A stretch of DNA of 57,125 bases. It comes from Clostridiales bacterium (GTDB lineage Bacteria > Bacillota > Clostridia > Lachnospirales > Lachnospiraceae). A model generated the notes under the pieces. The model saw only the letters and a program-made list of their open reading frames with translations. It was not told the origin of the DNA and did not search any database. Position numbers and translations under genes: made by a program. The DNA is taken from positions 1-57,125 of the forward strand of contig JAJPYF010000003.1 in the NCBI GenBank assembly GCA_021205085.1, read 5' to 3'. Positions within the stretch are counted from its first letter, which is position 1. The number at the start of each line of letters is the position of its first letter. Of this stretch, positions 10,401-20,242 are shown piece by piece.

Positions 10401-12401
10401 AACCGTTCCGTCAAGATAAAGCAGAGCCGTGATCGGGACAGCCTCATTCTGGTTCAAGGCAGCAACATAATAGACATCATTGGTCACATCCGTGTACTCC
10501 CCGGTCTCATTTCCGTTTTCATCCAGAACCGGCGTCGTCTCCCCAGTCGCTTCCTTGTAAACATTGCTGCCGGAATTATCCACTGTCAGAGGAACCGTCA
10601 CCCGGCCGCTCTCATCCTCATAACAGTTATCGGTGTCAAAACCGGCTGTCGCCAGCTTTGTTCCTGTCTGTGTGTTGTAAAACACTACAGACATCGCCTC
10701 CAGCATATTCAGCACTCTGACGCGTTCCTCCGCGGAAGAATAATAGAAAACATAGCAGCTTCCGCTTCCCTGCGTAGAGGAGGTTCCGTAGATCATGCTG
10801 TCGTCATACTCTGTCCAGATACGGTTGGAGCCCTCATAGCCTGTGATATTTCCATCCGAATCCTTTGTAACCGCCCCATCCAGCACCAGATAAGTCGTCC
10901 CCTCCGCGTTCGTGCGCACCCAGAGATCGATCGCCATACCGTAGGTCTCTCCGGCCGTTGTAATCTCACTGCTCACCTCGGTATCCTCCGGTGAACCGGA
11001 AATCGCATCCGGCACATCGTTCGCGGTTGAAGTGGTGGACACCTTCATCTGGATATACAGGTCGTCATCGCCGAAATATGCCTGGTAGGTAAAATGAGTT
11101 TCCAACACATCCGTATTCATCGAATAGCTGATCAACTCCTCAAAATCATACAAAAGACCTTCCGTCAGCTCCACATAGGCGACTTTTCCTGCTTTCTGTG
11201 CTGTCGTGGTCTCCGGGAAGCACAGGAAATCAATGATAACCCACATGCTCTGAATCTGTGTCCACGAATACGTTGTGGAAGAACCGTCGCCCTTATAAAT
11301 GTAATTCGCGGTTGAATACGGGAACAGCTCCTCCAACACGGGCTTAACATCCGCCCATAAAACTGCATTGCCGGAAAGCTCACTGTTGTAAAGCGACTTC
11401 GCCTTTTCCGTGTCCGTTTCAAGACGGGTAAGCAATGCCAGATAGGAATCCCAACCGGTCAGTGTGATTCCTTCTGCCTCCCACTCCGCCTCCGTTTTCC
11501 CCTTCAGGTCGGCCAGCGTATACGGTGTATAGTTTTTCGTCCCCTCATCCGCACCGTACTCGCTGTACTGGTAAATTTCCGCGATTGCCACATACGCATC
11601 GCCAAGCTCGTTTGCCGCTGCGCGGAGGTCCAGATACATATTGTAAATGTCCTCCGTATATTCCGCGAAATCCGGTGCGTCACCCGCATTTATCTTGTAA
11701 TCGAGGTAATCTCCCACCATTGCGACGAGCGCTTCCATATAGCCGCTGTTTGAGGAGGTGACCGCCGCGTAGGCGTCCTCCGCCAGCGCAAGATCGATCT
11801 GAGCCGTTTCGATCAGTTTTGTCATATCCGCCGCGCCGGTAGAGCTCGTCTGCACCGTGCCCACCGCACGCACGCCGTACTCCGGCGTACTTCCGATAAT
11901 CTGCCACAGACTCTGTGTCTCATTCCATGTCGCATAGCGAAGTGAGGCATTCAGCGTGCTCACACGCCCGTCTGTACCGTATCCGGCCGCCAGCAGCGGA
12001 TTCGTCCGCAGATAATTATCATTCAGTCGGGATGGATAAATCACAAGATCCTCCAACCCGTAGGAGGAATCTGAAAGGTTTACCAGATTTCCCCATGTCA
12101 GATTGGAAACCGTCATATCCTGTACAGCGGAGGAATCTCCCACCGCACTGGTTGCAGGCTCCGTCCCCTCTGATCCGGAAAGCGCAATCTCCAGACTTCC
12201 GTTTCCGGTCACCGTCGCAGAAACCCCGCTCACCTCCGGGTTGGTTGAAAGCGTCACCCATGCATAGGTGGAGCCCACCAGAAGGACAGCCGAAAGGACC
12301 GTCATCCAGAGAACCGCCATAACCTTCGCCTTTGCCTTCGGAAGCAAAGCCTCAAGACGGCGGATGGCCCGCTGCGTCTCGGTCTGCGGTCGGCCCGTCA
12401 C
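7488..12401 (-). CDS. giant SipW-type-signal surface subunit, paralog 4 (subfamily A); start ambiguous (GTG 12401, or ATG 12517 with a frameshift)
   Basis: 1637-aa ORF. Signal ends STYA|WVTLSTNPEV; conserved core blocks, three GTY-type Ig-like repeats, LEGNFQ and GFNLWGEY motifs, variable C-terminal region. Confidence 0.85.
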   Translation of the reverse strand: MTGRPQTETQRAIRRLEALLPKAKAKVMAVLWMTVLSAVLLVGSTYAWVTLSTNPEVSGVSATVTGNGSLEIALSGSEGTEPATSAVGDSSAVQDMTVSNLTWGNLVNLSDSSYGLEDLVIYPSRLNDNYLRTNPLLAAGYGTDGRVSTLNASLRYATWNETQSLWQIIGSTPEYGVRAVGTVQTSSTGAADMTKLIETAQIDLALAEDAYAAVTSSNSGYMEALVAMVGDYLDYKINAGDAPDFAEYTEDIYNMYLDLRAAANELGDAYVAIAEIYQYSEYGADEGTKNYTPYTLADLKGKTEAEWEAEGITLTGWDSYLALLTRLETDTEKAKSLYNSELSGNAVLWADVKPVLEELFPYSTANYIYKGDGSSTTYSWTQIQSMWVIIDFLCFPETTTAQKAGKVAYVELTEGLLYDFEELISYSMNTDVLETHFTYQAYFGDDDLYIQMKVSTTSTANDVPDAISGSPEDTEVSSEITTAGETYGMAIDLWVRTNAEGTTYLVLDGAVTKDSDGNITGYEGSNRIWTEYDDSMIYGTSSTQGSGSCYVFYYSSAEERVRVLNMLEAMSVVFYNTQTGTKLATAGFDTDNCYEDESGRVTVPLTVDNSGSNVYKEATGETTPVLDENGNETGEYTDVTNDVYYVAALNQNEAVPITALLYLDGTVVTNAEASSAADFTGLLNLQFASTANLTTAGAEDGDLYNESVSVTAQADVTEHTWGDNSDDMTTTVTLTVNSSETYSNVTAAYGRQINEGSQALRQGEIAFEKSNSSDTEWTMTYTFPSAGTYVLTHVSLDGVEYELEDPVTVTVNGIGLTTANWDYASSDYTVFTADSQISVPVTLTFDTAYEGDQEVRAVFVSDSGKYTYAVLSGSDDKLTWTGSASITSSGTYTLKYFYIGNDLYDVPSSMQKTLTTCMGLRASVRLSSASFEEGNTSIVYEDGETYTVNVSATISDNAGNTLANIAGTNGLAEGSELKLRYGRAGSTAGYLETALTWNSSSKTYTGQFEVNSDGTYSFSSLMIGSESVTSSTSAPSLVVHYYIESVPEYAANLTEMDESSGTQTVIGGTGSFAVSLLNSSEGWAIKAVVKDLDDVTTDTYYTLDGVMGATDASGATAWTFDVTDENGDALEGNFQLTALQLYAVTDGTVDADMSSQLDVTGENITVKIVTTVYITETNAAAAGSNTVKAEQNDGDVMVTTYAEDIQLTESYAATTVAAAESADASDSFYAVATYASDNVSVVLVDFEGDAIDGLTVNGLTYTLDEDNTEAYGYSIVYNDEETAPVSQTLTAESSGDGATWTFGTGDVGFNLWGEYHSELAYSVDGTEYTAKLASLEYKEGTLPVFGQADGTLITDLIAFKTTGSYNISKTLISELTATVDAIDKAKSFNYSTVTGSGGLAMGEDDDNDGYSDNITWTARYAIVNGTEKQGWYSSTSRLMYAIKSGWQRPTGAVGMYAQNIYLSDEETPAVWVTAEDGVVADDGTIADGNILYGSGTGNYATRNFAYTSAINAEGHIDYGTYNSKDVGGMALGRVTGDESNTAKWISTYGAARTILGTYDKDKVPVIDYSVTTEETTYYVTCIDGELGTTTDPSDENIIYQTVITNYQPLVIDSLYIQYNGATYKVNTGNKLTIDNAY
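12250..12388. repeat. 139-bp near-identical direct repeat, copy 2
   Basis: Pairs with 7265..7403 (4 mismatches in 139 bp). Confidence 0.9.
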
Positions 12402-12538
12402 GGTTTCCCTCCCCGTATCTGCAGAGGAAGAATCCGGATGCCGCGTGTACCCCCCCCGCCCATTTTTGCAAGGTTCATTTTCGCTTTTCTCTTTCTGATT
12501 TTTTTCTCTCCCGACATAACTCTCTCCCCTGATACTAT

Positions 12539-14251
12539 TTAAAATTCACTTGTCGTCTTTCTTTTATGTAATGCTGTCATTACCACCGCTACCACCACAA
12601 CCGCTGCCGCCATCGCGCCCACGGCCATGAGTATCATCTGTCTCAGCGTAAACGGCAGGGAGCTTGTGGTTCCATCTATGATATAAGCGTTTCCATCGAC
12701 ATCCGTCAGCGTCACATCTCCCCCGTACTGTCCGTAGAGATCCTGCGAAATCACCGCCTCCGTCGTTGCGATTCCGTCCACATCCAGCGCGAGAACATAC
12801 TTTCCGCCGGTCTCAGACAGGGAAAACGCGGCGGTTCCCGAATCCGAGACGATCGAGGAACCCAGTTTTTCCAGCTTCCCGGATTTTACGGCATACAGAG
12901 TGGCAACCCTCCCGGCATTTTCCGCGCCCACCGGAATGTAGACCGTGGCGTTCAGCGTGGTATTCCCGATCGTTACCGTAAAGCTGTCCGCATCGCCGAT
13001 CTCCTTCTTCCACGAGGAAGATACCGTCTCATTTTTCTCCACACTCACGGAAAGATCCTGTTTTTCGGACAACGCCTCCTCTGTCTGGTCAGCCAGTGCA
13101 ATCTGCCACACGGTGTCATCCCCGGTATGAATCGTCAGCACAGCCTCCTGCCCATAAAAAGAAGACAGGACACCCGCTGCCAGCTCCGTTTTTCCGTAAT
13201 ACACATCAACCGTCGCGGAAGAATCCATGTCCTCCGTCACATCCGTCAGCTCTTCCCACCCGGCATCGTCTTCGATGACAGCCGAAACCGTCACCTCATC
13301 CGAGAGACCCGCTCCGCTGTCGTCCGCATATTCATAGCTTGTGCGGCTTACCGTGATATCCGCGGCATCCGTGTGGTAATATTCTTTATTTGAAATCTCA
13401 CCCGTGTAGCTCTCCTCCGAGCCGGACACAGCCTCCGATATCGCCTCTTTCACACCCGACTGCGCCGATCCGCAGTCGATTGTCGCGAGAAGGCTGCACC
13501 CGCCAAACGCCCTGTCACCGATGGTTTCCAGTGAATCCGGCAGGTACACAGAGGTAAGGGATGTGCATCCGTAGAAAAACCAGTATGGCAGCTCTGTAAT
13601 ATTTCCGCGTATCGTTGCAGAAGACAGACCGGTGCAGTACGCAAAGGCCATCGCACCCAGCTCCGTCGTCGATTCCGGCAGTACAGCACCGCCCAGAGAG
13701 GAACAGCGGAAAAATGCCCGCTCCCCCAGACTGACAAGCGACGATGGGAAACGCACTGCCGACAGCGAAGTACATCCCTCAAACGCACTCTTCCCGATGG
13801 ACGACAGGGAAGACCCGAATGTCACCGTACACAGGCTGCTGCACTCCGAAAACGCAACATTCCCTATGCTCACCACGGAATCCGAAAGCGTCACGGCCGT
13901 CAGAGCCGTACACTGGTAAAAACTCAGCGCACCGATATGCGTAATCCCGTCTGCAATGACAAGCGTCCGGATCGACCCGCAGCTGTCATGCCACGGCGCC
14001 GGGTCGGACTCTGAGTAATCCGTCATGGCTCCGCTGCCGCTGATCGTCAGCGTATCGCCATCCAGACTCCACACCGCATTCGCTCCGCAGGATCCCGAGA
14101 GAAAAGTCATTCCCTCCACATCTTCATTGCGGACGGTATTGTTATATACCTCCACCTCATTCGCCCGGACGCTGACTGCCGATACCTCTGCCAGCACCGC
14201 ACAGATCACAATCAGAAAAATTATGTTCCGGAAATTCTTACTCCTGTACAT
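12539..14251 (-). CDS. BspA-type leucine-rich-repeat (LRR_5) surface protein with C-terminal membrane anchor
   Basis: Signal peptide; WSLDGDTLTISGSGAMTDY cap; repeats like IGxxAFxxCxSLxxVxLPxS; C-terminal hydrophobic helix plus basic tail. Confidence 0.9.
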   Translation of the reverse strand: MYRSKNFRNIIFLIVICAVLAEVSAVSVRANEVEVYNNTVRNEDVEGMTFLSGSCGANAVWSLDGDTLTISGSGAMTDYSESDPAPWHDSCGSIRTLVIADGITHIGALSFYQCTALTAVTLSDSVVSIGNVAFSECSSLCTVTFGSSLSSIGKSAFEGCTSLSAVRFPSSLVSLGERAFFRCSSLGGAVLPESTTELGAMAFAYCTGLSSATIRGNITELPYWFFYGCTSLTSVYLPDSLETIGDRAFGGCSLLATIDCGSAQSGVKEAISEAVSGSEESYTGEISNKEYYHTDAADITVSRTSYEYADDSGAGLSDEVTVSAVIEDDAGWEELTDVTEDMDSSATVDVYYGKTELAAGVLSSFYGQEAVLTIHTGDDTVWQIALADQTEEALSEKQDLSVSVEKNETVSSSWKKEIGDADSFTVTIGNTTLNATVYIPVGAENAGRVATLYAVKSGKLEKLGSSIVSDSGTAAFSLSETGGKYVLALDVDGIATTEAVISQDLYGQYGGDVTLTDVDGNAYIIDGTTSSLPFTLRQMILMAVGAMAAAVVVVAVVMTALHKRKTTSEF

Positions 14252-14900
14252 TCGAGGCCATATCCTTTCTGCTTCTCCTGTAAATCACTGCCGCTCCGAT
14301 GCAAATCGAGACGACGGACCAGATGTGTCCCATGGAAAATATCCACACCACCGCAGTTGCGCCTTCGCGGAACCACTGTAAAATAAAGCGGCAGATACCG
14401 TACAAAAACATATACCATCCGTAAAGCGCTCCCCGTTTTCGGGGATCCCCTAAAAAACGGATCAATATCACCGCAAGAACCGCAGCTGTCGCCATCTCCA
14501 CAATCTGGCTGGGGAAATGGATCGTCAGCGTCCGGCTGTCATAGAGCCTGATCCCGCCGCAGCGGCCCTCGATCCGGCAGCGCACCTTCTGAAGAACAAG
14601 CATTGCGCACTCTGCCGGAGCAAAGAGATCCAGCGCGTCAGAGACAGGCATTTTTATGATCAGCGCGATCAGCATGATCGCAAACGGCGTGAAGAACACT
14701 CCGCCGTACCATGAAAGCCCCGACCACTGCCCGTTTTCGATCAGATACATAAGCTTTGTCGCATACACCCCGCAGACAGCGCCCAAAACGGCGATGACCG
14801 CAAGCTTCCAGACACGATGATGATAATTTCTGTTTGCCAGCAGCATTGCAAGGAGCATTGCCCCTGCTCCGACTGCCAGTGAAAGATACAATACCGTCAT
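14238..14900 (-). CDS. prolipoprotein diacylglyceryl transferase (Lgt)-like membrane protein, short divergent paralog
   Basis: Polytopic 220-aa protein with GLSWYGG, HFPSQIVE (cf. HPSQLYE) and YGICRFILQWFRE (cf. YxxxRFxxExxR). Confidence 0.8.
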   Translation of the reverse strand: MTVLYLSLAVGAGAMLLAMLLANRNYHHRVWKLAVIAVLGAVCGVYATKLMYLIENGQWSGLSWYGGVFFTPFAIMLIALIIKMPVSDALDLFAPAECAMLVLQKVRCRIEGRCGGIRLYDSRTLTIHFPSQIVEMATAAVLAVILIRFLGDPRKRGALYGWYMFLYGICRFILQWFREGATAVVWIFSMGHIWSVVSICIGAAVIYRRSRKDMASNVQE

Positions 14901-14912
14901 TTACTTCTCCCT

Positions 14913-17900
14913 TTACGGCTCATTCGTCGTATAATAGCTCGTCGTGGTTCCGGCGGTATCAACGCTGTCAACAGCGGTTCCGGTTCCGGAGGAAGTACTG
15001 GTTCCGGTCTTGACATCCTGCACGGTCGTCACGACCAGATAAATCGTTCCCTGCCCCGTGGAGGATTCACTCGACACCAGCTCAAATGTCGGTGTGGCCA
15101 GCACCGGATTGCTGACTGTAAGCGTCTTCGGCGCAGTGTAAGTGGTCCCCGTGTTGTACACGATGGTACACGGCGTAGTCGACGTGTCATAGCTGCTGTA
15201 GGTCTGAACCAGCCAGCTCGTCAGTTCGTATGTATCCAGCGTCCCGTTCAATTCTCCGGTCCAGCTGTAGACTGTGGTAGTCGTCGTCCGCGCATAATTC
15301 GTATACGTTGTCGTGCTTCCGCCGCAGCTGCTGGACGACGTAACAGACGTATATACATATTCAGTGGAGTTCTCACTGCTCTCCTTGGTCATCTCACTCT
15401 GGTCCGGATAATCAGAACCGTCGTCAATGGTGAACACCTCCACCTCATCCGTGTCAAGCGTCACGCTGAAGGCGGTACCCCGCCCGTTATTATCATTGAA
15501 ATCCGGAAGCGTCCATGCCCCTGCGAGCAGAGAGTAGTTATCCGGCTCCGCATAGGTAATCTGCGGCTTGAAGCCATTGCTGGTCTTGATCTGCACAGGA
15601 TTCGTGATGTCAACCGTATACGTCACACCCTGATAAGTCATGTCGATCGTCTCAAAGGTCGCGTTCACACTGTATCGCGTGCTGGCTCCGCTGGTGCTGT
15701 CCTGTCCGCCGCCCACGCTGTTCATGTAGGCTGTACTCTCCGTGTTGTTTGCTGACCACGACATCGTATAGTCATATGCTGCCGTAGTATCCTGCACGGT
15801 ATAGGATGCTTCCGAGAAATTGCTCCCGGCGCCCGTCAGCTTCATCGTCACCTGGCTGGCCGTGTAGGATGCCGAACAGCTGGATGACTCGGCCTGATGG
15901 CCGATCAGCACATAGTAATCCTCATAGTAGTTGCTGAAGTAGATATAATATTCATTCGTCGAGCTTCCCAGATTTACATAGTACTGTACTCCCGCCTCCG
16001 GATTCGTCCCCGTAACCGTGACGGTCGGAAGCTGTGTCGTCAGCGTCGCGTAAGGCGCCTGGCCCTCCAGAACGGCATGCGCTGCGCTGGTCGTATACTC
16101 ATAGCTGCCGCTGCGCGAAATCGTCCATGTATAAGTGACGTCTCCCACTGTCAGGCTGAACTCCTGTGCCGCATATTCCCCGGCGACCTGAAGCGCTGCC
16201 GAGGCAGTGTAGGCAGTTCCATCTCCGCTCTCCTCTGCGCTGTAAGACAATATGATATCTTCTACACTTAAATCTTCTGATGTATAGCCTCCATATGTCT
16301 CATTCGACCCCTCCGTAAAGGCAAGCGTCAGCGACACATCAGATACATCCTCGATTGCCGCACCCTCGTAATCCGTGATCACAAGATCGGATGTCAGGGT
16401 CTGCTCATCCATAAAGTACAGATCCTCATCCTCGCCGAACGCCCATGTCTGGCCATCCGCAAAGGAGGCATACACTGTCACCACAACCTTGATCTCCGGT
16501 GAGTCGCTAATAATCAGTTCCCACGGATTCTCGTCCGTATACTCCACCATATCGGAATCGTACACACCGCCTATTTTAATGGCGGTAAGCGTCCATGTCC
16601 CGTCCTGCGTATACTCGCCGGTGTCCGAATTCAACGTTGTGGGGACAGCGAAGGTATAGGTGCTGATACCCGTCTCGTCATCTGTAACCACATCGATATA
16701 AGAGGACTCATACTGTTCCGCCGTACTCCGGCCTTTTCCGGTGCTTCTGCCAAACACCGCGGTCACAGATGTGGGCGCACCCGCGTCGCTGATCTCAACT
16801 GTAAAGGTTGCATCATTTTCCGAAGCAAAAATGTAATCGTCCGAGGCTCCGACCGCTGTCACAGACCCCTCGACATAGGAGGGCGGTGTGGCAGTCGATG
16901 CCCGGATCACCGATGCGCTCGTCGTCGCCGTCACCGAGTTACCAAGCACAGAAACGTAGGAGAACTTCCATGTTCCCGTGCCGGACACGGTTCCCTCGCC
17001 GACATAACAGCCATACTCATCCGACCACGTCAGATTTGCAGAGACCATGCCGTTTGACTCCAGCGCGGATCCCTCTCTCAAATAAACCAGCTTCTCAATG
17101 GTTCCGAGATCTGAGAGGATATTCCCCTGATCATCCGTCACCGTCAGCTGCACGCGGAAGTTTTCATTCTGTCCCGGCGTATAGAGGTAATCCAGCGACT
17201 GCGTCGTGCGGAGCGCCGTATACTCATTCCCCTCGGAATCATACAGGGTCTCATAGTAATAATCCGCTTCATCGAGCAGATGCACGAGGTACACCGAAAC
17301 CCGGATGCCGAGAGTGACCGTGACAACGACATCCTGCGTCACCGCCGTATAGTTTCCGTCAAGAATCAGATATTCCAGTGTATAGGTGCCGGATGTGGAG
17401 AACGTCGCCGTTCCCGACCATGTCCCGCCCGTCCCGTCATAGGAGAGATCCGCATACTGATATCTCCCGGACTCGGAGACATACACTGCCCGCACGGTCT
17501 GCGGCATCGCCGCCTTATCCGCAGTGGCAAAGGTAACCGTCATCTCTGTCGTTCCTGTCCTCTCGGTGGAAAGAATCTCATAAGCAGAGCAGGTGATACT
17601 GCTGACATTGTATCCGCTGACCTCCACCGTCACCGGCTCATCCAGATCAATTTCGGCGCCGTCGATGGTCAGGCTCTGCAAAACATATGTCCCCGGCGCG
17701 GCAAAGGTATAGTCCGCCGTCCAGACATCATTCTCGTCGTCATAGGTAAACGTCATCGTATCCTGCCGGGTTCCCTGCGTGGAAGTGATGCTTCGCAGGA
17801 AAAATCCGGTCATGGTTGAGGCCTCTGTTCCGCTTACCTTTACGGAGACGGTCGTCGTCATATCGCTCCCGTTGTCCACACACTCGTCATAGTCAAATGT

Positions 17901-20231
17901 GAGCGGAGAGGCCGTCGCTGTCACGGTACGGGTCGCGTTTTTCAGCTCCGAGTTCCCGACGGTATCCAGAGACACGCTGCTTCCAAACTGGATATTTAAG
18001 TTCCCGGTGATTTCCTCAGCCGCAAGCACCTGTGTATTGGAGAGATTTGTTCCGTCCAGATACACTACCATCGTGATGCGCATCGCCTCATTTGCCACCA
18101 GCGCTGTGATTCCGGTACTCTCCGTGCCGTCTTCATTCGTGTAGGTCTGGCCTCCGCTTTCAATCGTAATCGGAATATAGTATTTTCCGCTGCTGCTATA
18201 GGAGTATTCTGTGTTAAAGACCGCTGTCGCCAGAAGGTTGTTCGAAGAATCCAGAAAAGCGATCTTCATATTTCCCATCAGCTCCAGCACCGTATTCGCC
18301 TGCTCCGGCGTATCCGCGTAAAGCACATATACGCTGCCGTTGCCCTGCGTGGTACTGTTTTCATCCAGGTCATCGCTGTCCTGCCACACACGGTTTGCCC
18401 CGGCATTGTCCGCGTTCTCTGCAGCGACTGTCTGCGTATCGATCTCCACCTGTTTCACATAGCGGGTCACATCGCCGGTAATCGCCACCAGCACTCCCGT
18501 ATCAAACGTATACCATGTAATCACGCCGGAATCGAGATCATCGTCTGTCACAGCGTCGACACTCACCGATGTCCCGCTCTCATCCGTATAGGTAACCGTG
18601 TAGACGGTATACTCTGTATTATCGACTGTGACTGTGACATCACTCTGCGTGCTGGTCGTCTGCACATTGCTCTGGAGTGTCAGCACGCTTCCCTCTGCAT
18701 TCGTCCTCACCCAGAGATCAACGGCAAACGCATAGGTTTCCTCCGCGGTCGGATCTGTTCCCGGCCAGCCGGAGGTATCGCTGCTTCGGATTTCCGTGTA
18801 GTCTCCGCTGTAGGTATTCGTGCCTGCCGCACGCTGGGCGGTGTAAATGTTTGCCGTAACCGTCTGCGTCTGCGTTCCGAAAGTTGAAAGGTAAACCTTT
18901 GCGGTAACGGACACTCCCTTCGCATACATATAGGTGCCGTTGCGCCCCTCGAAGTTATAGATAGACCCCTCCTGGATCACGACCTCCTGTGTCCCGCTAG
19001 TGAAATTGGAGGCATTTCCGATGGTGATACTGCTGATCTTCGTTCCGCCGATTGTGGTCGTGTTAATCGTGACCAGACGATTCAGCATGGAAGAAATCTG
19101 TGACCATGTAATCGTCGTCCCGTCGTTCTCATATGCATTTTTCAGCGTGAGCATGGACGCAACGTCCTTCACCAGCTGATTGTAATCGCTCTTATACTCT
19201 GCAAGAGAGGTCAGGCTCACCCCGGCCGCCGCCAGCTGCGCCTCACTCGCCGCCATAAGCGTATCAAAGGTAAAGGATTCTCCCGTCGACAGCGCCTGCG
19301 CATTTGCGAGCGCCGTATAGACCTCGCCCTCCTGGCGAAGCACAGTGAGAAAATCCGCCATCATGGCATACAGGTCGGAGACATAGGTACTCACATCCAG
19401 CGTGCTGGTATTCCCGTTGGTGCTCATCTTTTCGCCCAGATAGGCGCCCATCAGGCCTGTCAGTGTGTTAACATATGTGCTGTTTCCTATAATGGCCTGA
19501 TAGCTGCTTTTTACCTGTTCCTGTGTATTCGCCGCCTCCTCCAGAAAACCGTACAGCTCAGAGGTCGCAGACAGGTTTTCATAGGTCACGGTCGTGATGG
19601 CCCGCACTCCGTAGTAATCGTTGCTGACCACTTCCGTCTCATTACCGCTCTCATCCTCCATCGTCTCCGTCGGCACCACCCATGCCGCCTCCGTCTCTGT
19701 GGTTGCTTCCTGCCACAGAGCAAAGGCGAAATCGCTGTCCGATGTATAGGAACTCGCGCGGCCGTCCGTACCGTAATCCACACCCTTCAGGAGCGCAGTA
19801 TAAGCGGTGCTCAGAGTCGCGGGCCGGAGTGTCAGTTCCTCCAGGCCATATCCGTCGGAGAGATTCACCAGATTTCCCCATGTCAGATTCGCTGCCTTCA
19901 CAGACTGCGCCGAGGAAGAATCTCCCACTGCGCTTGTCTCCGGCTCCAGTCCGTCCATATCTGACAATGCAATCTCCAGACTGCCGTTTGCCGCGACCGT
20001 TGTGGAAACGCCGGTCACCTCCGGATTCGTCGAGAGCGTCACCCATGCGAAAGCCGAGCTCACTAAGAGAACCGCTGATATCACAGTCATCCAGAGAACC
20101 GCCATCATCTTCGCCCTTGCTTTCGGAAGCATATCCTCCAGGCGGCGAATGTTGCGCTGTGTCTCCGATTGCGACATACCCGCTGTTCTGTTCTCTGCGT
20201 AGTTTTCTTTTCTGTACTTCTTCGCGATCAT
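14913..20231 (-). CDS. giant SipW-type-signal surface subunit, paralog 3 (subfamily B)
   Basis: ORF 14913..20237; ATG 20231 has RBS AAGGAG. SAFA|WVTLSTNPEV, the same core and Ig-like blocks, TQDGTW motif shared with paralog 5, unique C-terminus with SSSC motifs. Confidence 0.88.
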   Translation of the reverse strand: MIAKKYRKENYAENRTAGMSQSETQRNIRRLEDMLPKARAKMMAVLWMTVISAVLLVSSAFAWVTLSTNPEVTGVSTTVAANGSLEIALSDMDGLEPETSAVGDSSSAQSVKAANLTWGNLVNLSDGYGLEELTLRPATLSTAYTALLKGVDYGTDGRASSYTSDSDFAFALWQEATTETEAAWVVPTETMEDESGNETEVVSNDYYGVRAITTVTYENLSATSELYGFLEEAANTQEQVKSSYQAIIGNSTYVNTLTGLMGAYLGEKMSTNGNTSTLDVSTYVSDLYAMMADFLTVLRQEGEVYTALANAQALSTGESFTFDTLMAASEAQLAAAGVSLTSLAEYKSDYNQLVKDVASMLTLKNAYENDGTTITWSQISSMLNRLVTINTTTIGGTKISSITIGNASNFTSGTQEVVIQEGSIYNFEGRNGTYMYAKGVSVTAKVYLSTFGTQTQTVTANIYTAQRAAGTNTYSGDYTEIRSSDTSGWPGTDPTAEETYAFAVDLWVRTNAEGSVLTLQSNVQTTSTQSDVTVTVDNTEYTVYTVTYTDESGTSVSVDAVTDDDLDSGVITWYTFDTGVLVAITGDVTRYVKQVEIDTQTVAAENADNAGANRVWQDSDDLDENSTTQGNGSVYVLYADTPEQANTVLELMGNMKIAFLDSSNNLLATAVFNTEYSYSSSGKYYIPITIESGGQTYTNEDGTESTGITALVANEAMRITMVVYLDGTNLSNTQVLAAEEITGNLNIQFGSSVSLDTVGNSELKNATRTVTATASPLTFDYDECVDNGSDMTTTVSVKVSGTEASTMTGFFLRSITSTQGTRQDTMTFTYDDENDVWTADYTFAAPGTYVLQSLTIDGAEIDLDEPVTVEVSGYNVSSITCSAYEILSTERTGTTEMTVTFATADKAAMPQTVRAVYVSESGRYQYADLSYDGTGGTWSGTATFSTSGTYTLEYLILDGNYTAVTQDVVVTVTLGIRVSVYLVHLLDEADYYYETLYDSEGNEYTALRTTQSLDYLYTPGQNENFRVQLTVTDDQGNILSDLGTIEKLVYLREGSALESNGMVSANLTWSDEYGCYVGEGTVSGTGTWKFSYVSVLGNSVTATTSASVIRASTATPPSYVEGSVTAVGASDDYIFASENDATFTVEISDAGAPTSVTAVFGRSTGKGRSTAEQYESSYIDVVTDDETGISTYTFAVPTTLNSDTGEYTQDGTWTLTAIKIGGVYDSDMVEYTDENPWELIISDSPEIKVVVTVYASFADGQTWAFGEDEDLYFMDEQTLTSDLVITDYEGAAIEDVSDVSLTLAFTEGSNETYGGYTSEDLSVEDIILSYSAEESGDGTAYTASAALQVAGEYAAQEFSLTVGDVTYTWTISRSGSYEYTTSAAHAVLEGQAPYATLTTQLPTVTVTGTNPEAGVQYYVNLGSSTNEYYIYFSNYYEDYYVLIGHQAESSSCSASYTASQVTMKLTGAGSNFSEASYTVQDTTAAYDYTMSWSANNTESTAYMNSVGGGQDSTSGASTRYSVNATFETIDMTYQGVTYTVDITNPVQIKTSNGFKPQITYAEPDNYSLLAGAWTLPDFNDNNGRGTAFSVTLDTDEVEVFTIDDGSDYPDQSEMTKESSENSTEYVYTSVTSSSSCGGSTTTYTNYARTTTTTVYSWTGELNGTLDTYELTSWLVQTYSSYDTSTTPCTIVYNTGTTYTAPKTLTVSNPVLATPTFELVSSESSTGQGTIYLVVTTVQDVKTGTSTSSGTGTAVDSVDTAGTTTSYYTTNEP

Positions 20232-20242
20232 ACACAAACTCC

